From assembly GCA_016748015.1 (NCBI GenBank), contig JAAOMT010000557.1:124001-188000 (forward strand): DNA of 64,000 nucleotides, written 5' to 3'. The position numbers were made by a program, and so were the translations under genes. The notes below the pieces were generated by a model, which searched no databases, was not told where the DNA came from, and worked only from the letters and a program-made list of their open reading frames with translations. Shown here piece by piece: positions 51,018 to 64,000 of this stretch (positions within the stretch are counted from its first letter, which is position 1; each line of letters begins with the position of its first letter). This stretch comes from Geosiphon pyriformis uo1 (Eukaryota; Fungi; Glomeromycota).

Positions 51018-54000
51018 TGTACTGACAAGTCTTGTCATATGTTCCTCCTCTGCTAGACACATCATTCCAAAATCTTTTATTAGGCAGGATCTTACCACAT
51101 GCGAGGCATAGCATGTTGTCTCACTTGTCTTGTCATTTTAGTCATCCAAATCTTTCCAGTACATAAGGTCTGCAGTATTATTTGGTGGCAGTGGGCCATT
51201 CTTTGTTGTCCTTGATACATACACCCATTGTAGATAGCTTCTTTTTACAATCAACACATATTAATTTTAGAGGTTGGTAAAATAAATTTTTTTGGTCTGA
51301 GGTTACGTATCTTAATAATAACAATTGGGGTTCTTTTTCGGCTCTGCTTTTTTCTTTTTTTTCTCAGGTTAGTGGTGGGGATAGTTCAGTTTAATAATTG
51401 TCCACTCATAAAACCTAATAGATCTCAATGGTTGGTGATAGTGGTGTGTCTTCGAATTCAATTAGGGATTTCTTAGTATGTTGGATTTTAAAGTGTCTAC
51501 ATGTAGCTGGAATTTGGACATGCTGTTCATTAAATATAAGTTAAAGTTCTTGGGTGTTTTAGTTGAGCATAGTATTGGCTTTTGAAAACCAATTATTTTC
51601 TACCAGAGCTTGATATTGAGTAGCTTTTATGATAAATAGCTTGGTAGAGATCTGGATTCCATTAATTTTAAAGAGGAAGTTGTCAATTTCTCCTATTGGG
51701 GTTTTTGTGTTTTCATTTACTATAATGATCTGGATGGTAGCAGTACAGTCTACTCAGCAACTTAGTTGGTCCATAAGCTGCTTTTTAATTATGCTACCAG
51801 CTGATCTGCTATCCAGGATTAATTTAATGTCTATTCCTCCAACTTTGGCATTAGTGTATAGGGCCATTATTGGTTTATCCTGATTGATAGTTGTTCCACT
51901 AAAAAGCCTATAAGTGTTCAAATTATTGATGTTAAAAGAAAATATGGTGGCTAGAGTAGTGTCTTTGGTAATAGTGACTGGTGGGATATTGCTTTTTGTT
52001 TGCTTGAAAGGTTGGGAGATTTGTTTTACATCCTTCTCTTCTATAGGTGTAGATTTATCAAAATCCTGGTCTTCCATAAGACTGAAATAGGAAGCTTGAT
52101 TTGGGTATCTGGTTGGTGCTGGTCGAGATTATACAGGACTGTGAGAAATTGGTTGAGATGATCTACTGTTGGTTTGTGCCTAATTGTTGTTGGAATTCTT
52201 TCATCTCTGATTATAGTCTATAGTTCAAGATTTAAGCTAATTATAAGAAGGAGTTTGATAATAAGGGATTGCTTGTGTTATTGATAGTGGTTGATAATAA
52301 TTTTGGGACAGTAATTGAGTGTACAGAATTTGTTGTGCATACTGGGGGGAGTGGATTTTGAGGGATAGAATATTGGAATACCATGTTTTGCTAATATCTT
52401 GGTTGCTAGTATTGGTTTCCTTGATTTTGGTCCATTATTTTTTTTCTGCAGTTATGAGCAATGTGTTCAGATTTCTGGCAGTAGTAACAGTTGTGAAGAT
52501 CAGATCTCCAAGATTGTTGCTATTGCTGACAGTTCTGTTGTTGTGGATATTTGCTGTTGTTGTTATTTTTTTTCCATTGTAGTGATTAGTAAGTTTCTTT
52601 GGTTCCAGCTAAAAATCCCTTAATTTTCTAAGTTAATTTCTTATTTAATTGAGTTATCTTTGTGTCAATGTCAGAGGTTCCATTAATGGCTAAGTTAACA
52701 GCTTGGATATAATTTACTTTTTGTTTTGCGGACTCAAAATCACGAGTAAAAGTGACTGTTTCTTGTAGGTTTGCCGGATGGCAAGATCATACAGATCTTA
52801 AAAGGCTGCTTCTTAGTTCTTTAATGAATTGATTAAGGACTTGTGTGGTGGTATAATAATTCTGCTCAATGGCTAAGATTTGTCAAAAAACCTGATTGAA
52901 TCTTCCAAGATAAGTAGTTACTGCTTTATGGTTATTTTGTTTTATTATACTGAATTGATTTTGCAATTAAATGAGTGTATTAGGATTATAGAAGTATTGC
53001 AAAAAGGCGAGTTTAAACTCTGTAAAGAAGGTAGGCTTTTCTGCAAGACCCTAATACCATGAATTGGCAGTTCTGGTCAGAAAGAATAGCAGTGCCTGAA
53101 TTGTGTAGTCATTATTCCATCCATTAGTAGTAATTGCTTTTTCGGCATCCACAATCCAAGAATATGCATTATCTTTTTCACCAGAGAATTTTTCCAATTT
53201 AGCAATATCTTGGTAGGCCATAATCTGGTTAATGGGTGAGGTGTTACTAGTTACATTTAAGGGGATTGATGTCTGCATATTTGTGTGTTCTTTAGGTGCT
53301 AATGTTGGTTGTTTCTTTTTGTTGCTGGAACCAATAGGTTGTAAGATAGCTGTTCTTTTCATCAGAGGAGATGCTGATTCTGCTGGGTTTTGTGCTGATG
53401 GCTGTTCCCAAGTTGACATGTTTCCTTCTGTTTGACTGGCTGTTGGAATAAGATTTCCAAACAGTGATCCATATTCTCCTAGTGATTTGGTCCAATTGTG
53501 TTGGTTTCAAGAGTGTGAATTTTCAGAAGTTTGTGGTGTTTCTGACTGGGTTTCTAGAGGTAAATTGAATACACTTCTACTTTGGGGTGTCTGATGATAT
53601 GATGGAGTTGTTGGGGAGAGGAACCTTGGTTTTTTGTTGACTGTAAACTTGTCTTGAACAGTTGTAGGATTATTGGATCTGTCCTTGTATTTCTCCAGAT
53701 TGGATTCTACTAGTTGTTATACTTGAGGGAATTATTTTGTTATGTAGTGTTTAATGTCCATATCAACTATGCATAGAATTTTAGTAATTGCTTAAGTAGT
53801 AGTAGTTGTTAAGTACTCTAGTAAGCTTTAATGTATTTGTTCTTCAAGTTTTTCTGTATCAGTTGCACAGCCTAACAAGCAGTTGATTTTTGCATTGATA
53901 TAGTTGCAAAAATTACTTTCTGTAATAGTAGTTTCTGTTGGTATTCCTATATCTTTTCGAAAGTATTAAAATAGTGCTCTTCCATACAAGGAGTAGTCCT

Positions 54001-55113
54001 TTTCTATTGTTTCAATAGTCGTCACTTTTGTGTATCTCTGGGGTGCTCTGTCTCTGTGGATTTATAATTTCACAGAGAGCACCAAATATTACAGGTAAAC
54101 TTAGTGGGGTATGGTAGTAACATTTGGTGTTCTAATTTAGTATTCTATGGTTGTATGTTTTTTACAGAGTTGATGTTTATCAGTCTCTGAAGGTCTTTTC
54201 TGGATGTGAATTTATTCATTGAGTTCTTTGGTTATAAGACACAGAGTTTATCTTTCATCGATTGCAATATTTTCTGCAAATGTGAGTTTTCTTCTTCTCA
54301 CTAATGAGTATAGTTGTTAGGATTCAGCATTGTTTTTTTGTTCTTCTGGTAAGCTACCAAGATAATGTTAATATCCAAAACTTAGAAAGAGCCTCTCTCT
54401 TTTACCAAGCTATCACAAAGTCTATTTCAAGACAGTCAATTTTTTTATGTTGCTGTTTCAAAAAAAAAAAGAAAAAAAAAAGAAGAAAAAAAAAAAATAA
54501 AGAAAAAAAAAAGAAAAAAAAAGAATTAATTCCTGTTAATCACCATGATCAAGAATAATTGGTCCAAATTGTTAAAGATTTAAGGCATTTATGCTAATGG
54601 CATCTGTTCCAGAACAAAAGTAGGAAATACTGATTTTAATTTCAATTAAAATTCATAAGATTGGAGAACATGAATTTGTAAATTGGATTTTATGTTTTTT
54701 TTTTGATAATTATTGTATTTTGGATTATGGATATCTGATAAGTAGAATACAAAGTAAAATTGATTTCTAACTAACTTGTCTTTTTAACTTCTACAACTAC
54801 TTGCTTTTATACATTCTTTTGGTTTTACAGGATTGCTTTTAATTGCTTTACTATTGCTAGCTATTGCTTGTTATTGCTTATGTTTGTTCTATGTTACTTC
54901 GAATTGTATCACATTTTTTTTGTCACGTTTTTTTGTTATGTTTTCTCACAGCTTTTTGGTTTTTCTACTCAGGTAATAATAATTAGTGAGCTATTTTCAA
55001 TAAAATTGCTAAATTTCTTGAATTATTTAAAAATATTATGGTCAAAATATTAGCCAGTTCAAATAATACTGCTTCCTTAATTATTTTTCTCTTTAATATT
55101 ATTCTTAATTACA
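51018..55113 (-). mobile_element. E4: truncated LTR element of a third subfamily (5' LTR ~54087-55113, PBS, Gag, PR, start of Cys-rich domain)
   Basis: PBS TTTGGTGCTCTCTGTGAA (54069-54086); motifs YINAKIN, MAYQDIAKLEKFSG, LILDSRS and CVDC. Outer LTR boundary is uncertain. Confidence 0.82.
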
Positions 55114-55232
55114 TCAAAAACACAGTTGATAATAATAAATTTAGTAAAATATTATAATTTTAATTATATTTATTTAGTTATTTAGTTATATATTTAACAT
55201 ATTTAATATTAAATTTATTATTTATTATAATA

Positions 55233-55880
55233 GTTAGGGCAGTAAAAGAAAAGTTGGTTGAATATTACTCTAATACAAATACAATTATAATGTTCTGTAC
55301 TGTATTAGATTCAAAAAAAAAATTCAATTATTTTACAAAGAAGAAATTTTTAAATAACAATATTAATAAAATAAAAGAATTGTAAGTTATTAATTTATTT
55401 AAACAGTTTTATTTTCCAACTCTTATACAATAAATAAATCTTTAGAATATGTATTCTTTTTGAAACAAAATGCACACTAGATATTATACTAATATTAAAT
55501 AATAGTTTTTTGTTGAATAGCAATTTTAATAATACTATAATATTAATTATATGATCTATATTAAAAACAGACTTTAATAATAATAATAAAAACCTTGACA
55601 AAATTGATTATTATATCTTTAAAAAAATATCTAATAAAGAAATTGATATAATAGCATAATAGAAGATATATTACAAAAAATATTTATCTAAATTAATATT
55701 TTATTAATAATTCAATATTTAGACACATTAAACACAATTTTTTTATCTTATATATATAACTTATAATTATTTGGTAATCTAAGAATTATTTGTTGTTTTT
55801 AAATGCATTTTTTATGCAGATAAAAATATGATTACAGATATAAAGTCTTACTTAGTGCTTAAAATTATAAAAGCAGCACA
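55233..55880 (+). pseudogene. Hypermutated hAT transposase C-terminal relic with probable introns
   Basis: KEKLVEYYSNT..TVLDSKKKFNYF resembles KLxKYY..LDPRxK. DKIDYYI..IDIIA**K resembles ELDxYL..LxWWK. FKCIFYADKNMITDIKSYL..IKAAQCF resembles the SERxFS dimerisation domain. Confidence 0.72.
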
Positions 55881-55959
55881 GTGTTTTTAATTATAAATAC
55901 AGAAACTATTAAAAAAAAAATTAAATAATAATATAATATAATATAATGTTTTTAATAAT

Positions 55960-56150
55960 TAAACTTAAACATATTTATGAACTTCGAATTAAACTTGAAT
56001 CAAACTTGTTGTATATGTTTGGGTTCAGTTTAAGTTCAATAATTTTAAGTCTGGTTCAAGTTCGAATTTTAAATTTTGCCAAATTTTCTGTTCAAGTTTG
56101 GTTTGGTTTAGTAATTTAATTGAATTCGAATCAAATCAAACTGAATATCA
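55960..56150. repeat. Degenerate subterminal repeats (GAAC/TTCGA/GTTC, both orientations), probable right end of the hAT element
   Basis: Clustered AAACTTGAA / TTCAAGTT / TTCGAA motifs immediately downstream of the transposase relic. Confidence 0.5.
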
Positions 56151-57111
56151 AAATTTTATAATAATTACTATATTAAAACTCAAATAATTAAAATTAAAAT
56201 TAAAAGTAAATATTTATATATTATTAAATTTGTTTTTAATTTAAAATTTAATTTTTTAATTTTGTTTTTAATAAAAATAGATATTAAATTATTTATTTTT
56301 TTATGTTATCTAATAATAATATTTTGTTTAATAAAATTGTTTATTTTTTTATAATTTATATAACAATTTTTTATATTAGATTACTTATTAAAAAAAAAGT
56401 ACAAATATTTTATTTTTAAGAAACAATATATTAAGTTTTAGTATTATTATATTAATAGAATCCAAAAGCTTATAAATATTAATCTTAAAATAATTCAATT
56501 ATTTAATAATATAAGTAAATTTATCAAAATTTGTAAATAAAACACCAAGTATTTTAAAAATTTTTTTTAAGATTATATCAAAATTAAAAATTAAATTTAA
56601 AAAAAATATTTTAAGAAAAAATAACAAAAAAAAAAAAATATTTAATTTTTTAGTATTAACAAAACTTGGTTAAAAAAAAGCTTTAACCTTTTTTTTAATT
56701 TGTTTAATTATAAAATTATGAATATAAAAACATTATAAAAAAAAACACTATGTAAAAATAAAATTTGTTTATTATTATTATTAAAAACTATTTAGATTCA
56801 AATTTGTTTTTAAAAGCAATAAAATATAAAATAAGAATACTTTTCTTATTATAAATATAAATTGTTTTTTTAAAAAAATTTATTTAAAAAATTATTAAAA
56901 AAAATAAAAAAATAAAATTTTACAAAATAATTAAATTTTAATATTAATAACAAATATGTGATTAATAATATATGTTTTTTTATCATTTTTTTTTAAAAAA
57001 TTTCCAAAATTATGTATTATTGTGCTTATAAATAAAATAAACAAAATTTTAAAACAATTTTTAAATAATCAGATTATATAATTTGTATTAGTCTTAATTT
57101 TACATATTAAA

Positions 57112-60100
57112 TTTTTTTTTTTATTTGTTTTACAAGTAAGATCCAAACATTACCTAGTGCTATACATCAAAAAAATAATCTAAACTAGGCATGAATTATG
57201 CATTTTCTATACATGACCAGTCACTTAGGCTGATCAAAACAATATTATACAGCTATATAAACTGAAATTGAGTTATTTATGCCTGAAAAAAACAAACAAA
57301 ATTTGCAAAAGCCAAAACAAATACCAAAAGCATCAGCAATGCCAAGCAATTTGACCACTCCAGCCAACAACTCTAAGACCAAACCAGAAACTGAGACGAA
57401 AACTGATCCATCAAGTAGAATTAACTCATTTTTCTCCATTGTTATTCATAGAATATAGGAAGTATATTAGCATATGAATTAGCCAATCAGAAGTAATCAT
57501 AATAAATATGGAATTCCAGAATTCTCATACAAAGAATTGCAGGATTCCAGAAATTCCAGAATTCCTGGTGTAAAGAATTAAGGAATTAAGAAATCTCAAT
57601 TATGTATATATAGCAGTAGTATTAGAAGCAGAAAAGGACAAAATTCTTTTAGTTAGAGACCTCTCAGTTTAGATTTAATCTAAGCAATCTGCCAATTCAC
57701 AAATATCAATAAATAATTATTCTCACAATTCCAAATTTATTCTCTACTATTAACACTTCATGTTAATAGTAATTAATACTTAACCACATTAGAACAATAG
57801 CTTTTGATCATAACTATTGACAGAATACTAACATTTATTGTCTTGGCTTGTTTTTTTTAAATTTCTTTTATTTCTGTTATTTTTTTTGTTTTACTAATTA
57901 CTTGAAGATTAAGCACTGAGTTATTGACATTACAAATAGCCTGGTAAAAAACTCCAAAGGAAGGATATAGGAATTGAGAATTTAAGAATAGTTTACCAGA
58001 AGGACATCTCTGCCAAGATTATCAGCCACCATGCTGAGAAAAAAATTCGACAGAATTGTGATTCCGGGAGACTACTGGAAAGACAACTATTGAATCTCTG
58101 TCTATTATACAAAGAACTTCACAACAAAACTTTCAGATAAACAACATCTTCAAATATTACCAACAACATTATCAATCAAGCACCAAGTTACGGGTTTGTT
58201 ATTTAATTTGAGACTCCAAATAATTATCTGTAACACCATATAAGTATGATGTTTAGCACAAACTGACCAGACATCACTTCTAAAAACAAGACTAAGAGAG
58301 CACACAAATTTGACAATCTTTAAACCAGCAATCTTGGGATCATGAAAGATGGCAATTGCTTTGCGAAACCAACCATTAAAAACAAAATCCTTATAAAGAG
58401 CCATAGACAAAGAGGAGTTAGAAACACAGAATAACAACAGTTGTAATATGTCTAAAAAAGAATGAGCAAGACCAGAAACCCCCTTCTAGAAGTCCACATA
58501 AGATTCCAATAACTAACATCAAACAGAATTATCAATCTTACAAGAGAACACATAATCCAACACCTCTATATTACTACAATATAAGCACAATACACTTGGA
58601 TAGAGTCTATTATAAAGGCACTTCCAAATGGCAACTGGCAGCTGGTGGTATAAAGCTTTCATAAAATAAGTATGTATATTAGCCAAGGGTTTGCTAATGA
58701 AACTGGCAGCCATGTGCAAGTCAAGATGTTATATCAAAGATGAACGGAGCCAATCAACCTCAGAAAACAAACTGCCTGCCAAAAACTTGGAACCAGAACC
58801 AACTTTTTAGTGTGCACAACAAACTGAATAATAAATATCACAGACAAAATGTCTGAAATTGCCAGAAACAACACCACCATCAATTATTATGAAGCATTCA
58901 CCCAAGCAAAGAAGAAGATACCAACTAAAGAGAGAAGTGTCACCAGCAATCACATCAGCATGCTCATTTTTTAAAACACCAGAGTGATCTTTAATCTTAT
59001 GTTAGCTGATCTTCAAATTCTTATTGTGAATAACATTGACAATATGATGACATTTGACCCAACACTGATTATAAAAGTCAGGACACACCAGATTCAATTC
59101 TAATCTACAAGCATCCAGAGCAGATTGACTATCCAAAAACAATTTAATAGAGCTCAGTGAAGGAACACTTTTCAGAGCCAGTGCAATAGCCTGCAATTCT
59201 GCCAAAGTAGATGACATCAAACCTGACACACCAATACCCAAACCCAAATTAATGTCCTCAAAAAAAGTGCCAGTGCCAGCTCTATAGCCAACTGTGCTCA
59301 GATTACTAAGGGACCCATCTATATACACTGACAAACTGTCAGTACCAACTTATAAGAGATGATTATAGACAGAAACAAAATCACAAGATTCAAGAATGTT
59401 CAAAGAACCAATACTATTCAAAACTGAGGGATAAATAAGAGAGAAACTTCTACTATTGAGAAACACAACAGAAAGCTTGAACCACTCAGAAACAGAGCCA
59501 TGAGAGTCTAATTTTTTCTAACACTTAAAAGTGTGCCAATCAAAGACAAAACCATGATGATCATGAAGTTGATCTACAAAGACAATATCATATTATTGGA
59601 AAGAAAGGAAAAACCTAAGAAACTATGACTAGCCCAAAACAGTAGACATAGGGACCTCACCACAAAACCAAAAGGGATTGACCAAAGAGCCACCCAAGGA
59701 CAAATTGCAATCAAGAAGAATACAAACTATGCCCACCAGAAAGTTATCAAAAGCACTGACATGAATATAAACAGGAGAACTTAATAGATAAACAGGATGC
59801 CAGCACAGAACTTGCAAGTCATGAGACCTGTAAGAGAACAAATGACCCAAGATATTACCAGAGTTTGCGAAACTAATAAGAGAGGCCACCTTGCTTTCAG
59901 ACTGAACTTGAAAAAAAGACTTCAAACCATAAAAAGAAGGATGATAAATTGTATTACTAGAAAAATTGAGTAGTAGGCCAAACTTAAGTTTTAAGCCCTT
60001 ATGAATCAAAGTATTCTACTTGTTGCACATATCAACAAGAACAAAGCTGAGCTGTATTTTATAACTAACTATAAAATGAAGAACTGCTGATACCAAATAT

Positions 60101-63100
60101 AAGAGCTGTTTATCAGAGACAGCCTTTCTCAGAACCAGATTGGTAAAAAAACGAATGTCCAAATTTGCTTTTACCAAACTAGACTTTGATAGACCCTCAG
60201 TTGAAAAAAAAATACTCAAATATCGATGAGATTTACCCTTTTTGGAAATAAAGATTGACAAGCCACTAATAGAAAGAAAAAGATTGCTGACTCTGCTATT
60301 GATGGGAATGGCCACCATTTTGTTATTATTGATAGAAATGTCATTTATCTGAAAAAATTCACTAGCAATGTCGAGAATATATTGAGTAGCTGCCTAATTA
60401 CTACCAACCCAAATTGTATTATCAATGAAAGCGCCAGCAGTAAAAAAAGAAGAAAGTTCAGTCTGAGATTTAATGCAACTACTTCTGGAAACAAAATAAG
60501 AATTCAATCTATATCTATACACACTCTCTTGACACTTGATTTTACACAACAGAGAATCATAAAATATACATTACAGAAGGGGTGAAAAAACCTCCCTCTG
60601 GTCCAGACCATCATGCACTTGATAACCATTTGTCAAACCAAAATCTGTCATAATATAATTGGTGTGATTCCTATAAATACTACTGAAAAATTGAATGAAC
60701 TTGCTGTACATCTTAACTCTAACTAAACTCCTCTCAAGATGCTCCCAACTGAATTATATGTTTTCCACATGTCTTGCAAAACCAGCCAAAGCTCCCAGTT
60801 CTTTTTCAAAGCATCCTTAACAACCAAACCAATTACAAAAATAGGAGACTGGATCATTGTACCCTTTAAAACTGAAAAATTGTTTTCACAAAGAACATCA
60901 AAAGTACTGTACGCTAAAGAAATCCTATCAGAGAGAATTTTGGAAAGAATCTTATGAGCTGTTTCAATCAGAACAATAAGTCAAGTATTTGTCAGAACAT
61001 TCTCCCATTCATAAGATTTGAGAATTATCAAGACCCAAGCCTTTTTTTAAGAGCTGGGCACTAATTTTCCAGACAGACAAGCATTCAAAAACACTAAAAA
61101 CATATCTAGAACTGCCTTATCACAATGTTTTCAAAGCTCATTTAATATACCTGAGAGACCAGCAGCTTTGCCATCAGACAGAAAAAAAACCATCCCAAAC
61201 AATTTATTAAACTCAATTGAGCACATAATACTGGAGAAAGCTCCATCAAAAACATACTTCAAAGGTAAATATTGATAACACCAATCACCAAAGACATTAT
61301 CAACCATCCAATGCTTTCTAGTTTAACCCTCCATGATCATATCTACCTTAGATTTAACCAAATTGGGATCCAGAATCAGTTTATTCTCAAAAACCAGGTG
61401 GTTAAACACCACTTTGCAAAATGGACACTTCAATACACTTCTGATTATATGACTCTTATTTACCTTAAAGCTTTCTATCCTTTTATCTATAGCAGTTTTG
61501 ATGTTTATTTTCTTAGCCCTTAGAGATTCAGCAAGTTTGCATGTACAATAATATTTCTTAGCACCAAAAAAAGCAGAACAAACATGATCAGGACTTGTAC
61601 CAGAGTCCACAACATCCTGAATGACTGAGGCCTTAATATTGTCCAAAGAAATTCAGCACTTCATAAGAGAATCAAAATTCACAACACTCTTCTTACGAAA
61701 AGTCTTAACAATCCTAGAAACCAAAAGCTCCAATTTGTAAAACCTTGAAGATTTCTTAGTAAAGATGTTATCAAATTTCTTGAACCACTTTTTCTTGAAC
61801 ACCTTATTAGTCGAGAGAACTATTATCTTGCAAATGATATCCCATAATGCATTCAGATCTAAGAATTTCATGGTAGTAGCAAACTTATCTGAGAACATTG
61901 CCATATTAGCTGATATAGCATTTCCAAAATTGTTCTATTTAGTCTCATTAGCACTCTTAAAATCAAACTTTCACTGATCCCTATTCACTTGCTTTTAAAG
62001 AGAGTTTAACCGCATATCCAAAAGTCCACCCAAACTTACAGACACAGAAACAGCCTAATAATCAGTATCAAAGAATTTCCCAACATTATACACATTGCAA
62101 TCCATCACAGTATTGACCAAGTTCGAAGAAACAAACAGAAAGTTGATTATTTTAGCCATACCATGAGAATTAGCCCAAGTAATTGTCTTTACAAAAGAAC
62201 TTTCACTCAAGGAGTTAATCAAACCAAAATCTAAACATTTTTTGAAACTGGCACACTTATGAGAGCTATTTTTATTGAAATCACCTTTCAGAACAACAAA
62301 AGAGGACTCATTTACAGCTTTAGCAATTATAAAGTTGATTTTATCAGCTTGAAAAAACTGAACTGATGAAGAAGCACCAACATAGAGCCCTAAAATTAAA
62401 ACAGAAAGTTTGTTTTTGAAAAGTAGTCTGACAAAGAGAAGCCAACCAGAAACCTTGGAAATCTTACACACATGATGAGCCAAAAAAATGTCCATAATAA
62501 TGGCAATACCAGAACCCAAGTTACCAGAGTCTATATCAGAAATAAAAACATGGACATCATCAAACCTATTAGCAATCCATGGACAAATTTTACTTCATAA
62601 CTTGGTCTCAGTAACAATTAAAATCAAATTGCCCATATCTTTGTGCCATCGAACAATATCCTCCTGTTTTGCAGAATTGTTCATACCCCAAACATTGCAA
62701 GTAGCAATTTTCCAAATTAAACTGATCATTGAGATAGAAAAAGAGCTAATGAACCCAAACTAGAACACAAAGAGTCCAATCTTGCCAATACTAAACTAAC
62801 TGAAACTTCCAGAGCTATCATTTTTAATTCCAAACTATCCATCTTGGTGGTAAGTACCTTCAAACTACTCAAACTTAGTATGGAAATAGCATTATCGACC
62901 ACTGGAAGAGAAGGAGAAAAGAGTACCACCACACTATTCACAGCCATATCCGAATTCAAAGCTAAGTCCAAAGGAGAAGCAACAAAAGGGGGGGAATACA
63001 AGATGGCAATAACATTGGCACCAATTCCACAAAGCTCAATTTTCTTAAAATTTCTGAAATCTGATCTGACAAAAGCTCCAAAGAGTGTTCCAAAGAAGCC

Positions 63101-63658
63101 ATATAATTGACCAAACCAAAATTATCAAGAAAATTGGAAGCCATTATTAAAGGTTTTGCATTTAAAAGTGAACCAGCACCAGAAGGAACTGATAAAATCA
63201 CACAAGAAGAAGAGCCACTTGCAATTTGAGCCCAAGTTTTTCCACCAAAAAACACTGGACAGACAACTGGAGCCTGCTTTTTTTATAAATATTAGCTAGA
63301 CAAATCTGATCTTAAGAAGATACCACCCACTTATAATGAACTCCAGAATTCCTACCAACTGAACATACATCAGAAATATGATCAAATTGTTTACACTTGG
63401 CACAACAAGCCAGAAAAAGACCAGCCCAGTGCAAATTTACACCCTTATAAACTGAAACAGAACTAATAGCAGCCAATTTGGATGTCTCATTATCAAAACA
63501 GACCATTGTACATTTATCATGCACATATGAACTAGGATTACGGCCAATGAAACAAGTTTTCCCACCATATGAATCCAACAAATCTGATAAATCATGAGCA
63601 GTAGTGCCCATTGGCAAAGTGTATAACAAAGCCTGATGACAATCTCTAATTATCCATA
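57112..63658 (-). mobile_element. LINE-D: degenerate LINE, 5'-truncated within ORF1, interrupted by a solo LTR
   Basis: ORF1 end CAKCKQFDHISDVC..SQ*; ORF2 ATG at 62729. Motifs GDFN, AFIDNT, VYIDGS and CLYCSNIEVLDYVFSC. 3' tail and T-run at 57112-57122. Confidence 0.92.
57440..58235 (+). repeat. Solo LTR (E2/E3-related) nested in LINE-D
   Basis: TGTTAT...GTAACA ends and a perfect TSD CCAT (57436-57439 / 58236-58239). Removal restores HTYMEKNELI. Confidence 0.93.
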
Positions 63659-64000
63659 AGAGTTAACCATTTGAAGGCAAATATTAAATTTTTGTTAATT
63701 AAAATTAATTATTTAAATATTAACAAATTAATTTAGTTTAATTCAATAAATTTACTATAATTTTTTGTTATAATTTAATAAGTTTTAATTAGATTAATAT
63801 TATATAATTGAACTTAAACAAAATTAAAATAAATATTTTTTTGATAATTACAGCTTAATTTAAATAAGCTTTTTGTTTTTTAAGATAAATATTTATTAAA
63901 AAAATTTTTTAACAGCCAAAATTATGATTTTATTTATAAATTTTTAAATTTTAAAAGAATAATTTTTTTAAATTTATTTATTAAAAAAAACAACTTTTAA

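Noticed and set aside
54304-54558. Poly-lysine ORF
   Set aside because: It is the antisense reading of the T-rich tract in the E4 LTR.

Overview
AT-rich, intron-containing eukaryotic DNA, most likely from an early-diverging fungus (Mucoromycota/Glomeromycotina-like; this is my inference, not a database result). The first ~6.6 kb holds three ordinary spliced genes: a METTL21/Methyltransf_16-type lysine methyltransferase, a SWT1-like PIN nuclease and TSR3. The remaining ~57 kb is a nested transposon graveyard. It contains four copies of an RNase H-bearing LINE family, an ORF1-only non-autonomous element sharing that LINE's 3' tail, four copies (E1-E4) plus two solo LTRs of an unusual Ty3/Gypsy-like LTR element, and a hAT transposase ghost. 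Much of the extremely AT-rich 'intergenic' DNA is recognisable TE sequence degraded by C>T/G>A transitions. The most interesting object is the LTR element, reconstructed from four copies. Its features are an AUG-free leader, an apparently GUG-initiated N-terminal Gag domain, and one Gag-PR-[unknown triple Zn-finger domain]-dUTPase-pseudo-dUTPase-RT-RNase H frame. This is followed by an apparently separate Ginger/GIN-like integrase ORF and a conserved 209-aa ORF of unknown function in the env position. It makes 4-bp YR-centred TSDs and carries a covarying LTR hairpin with a palindromic UGAUCA loop. Four 20-N gaps (15975, 18743, 19606, 21474) scramble the youngest copy.
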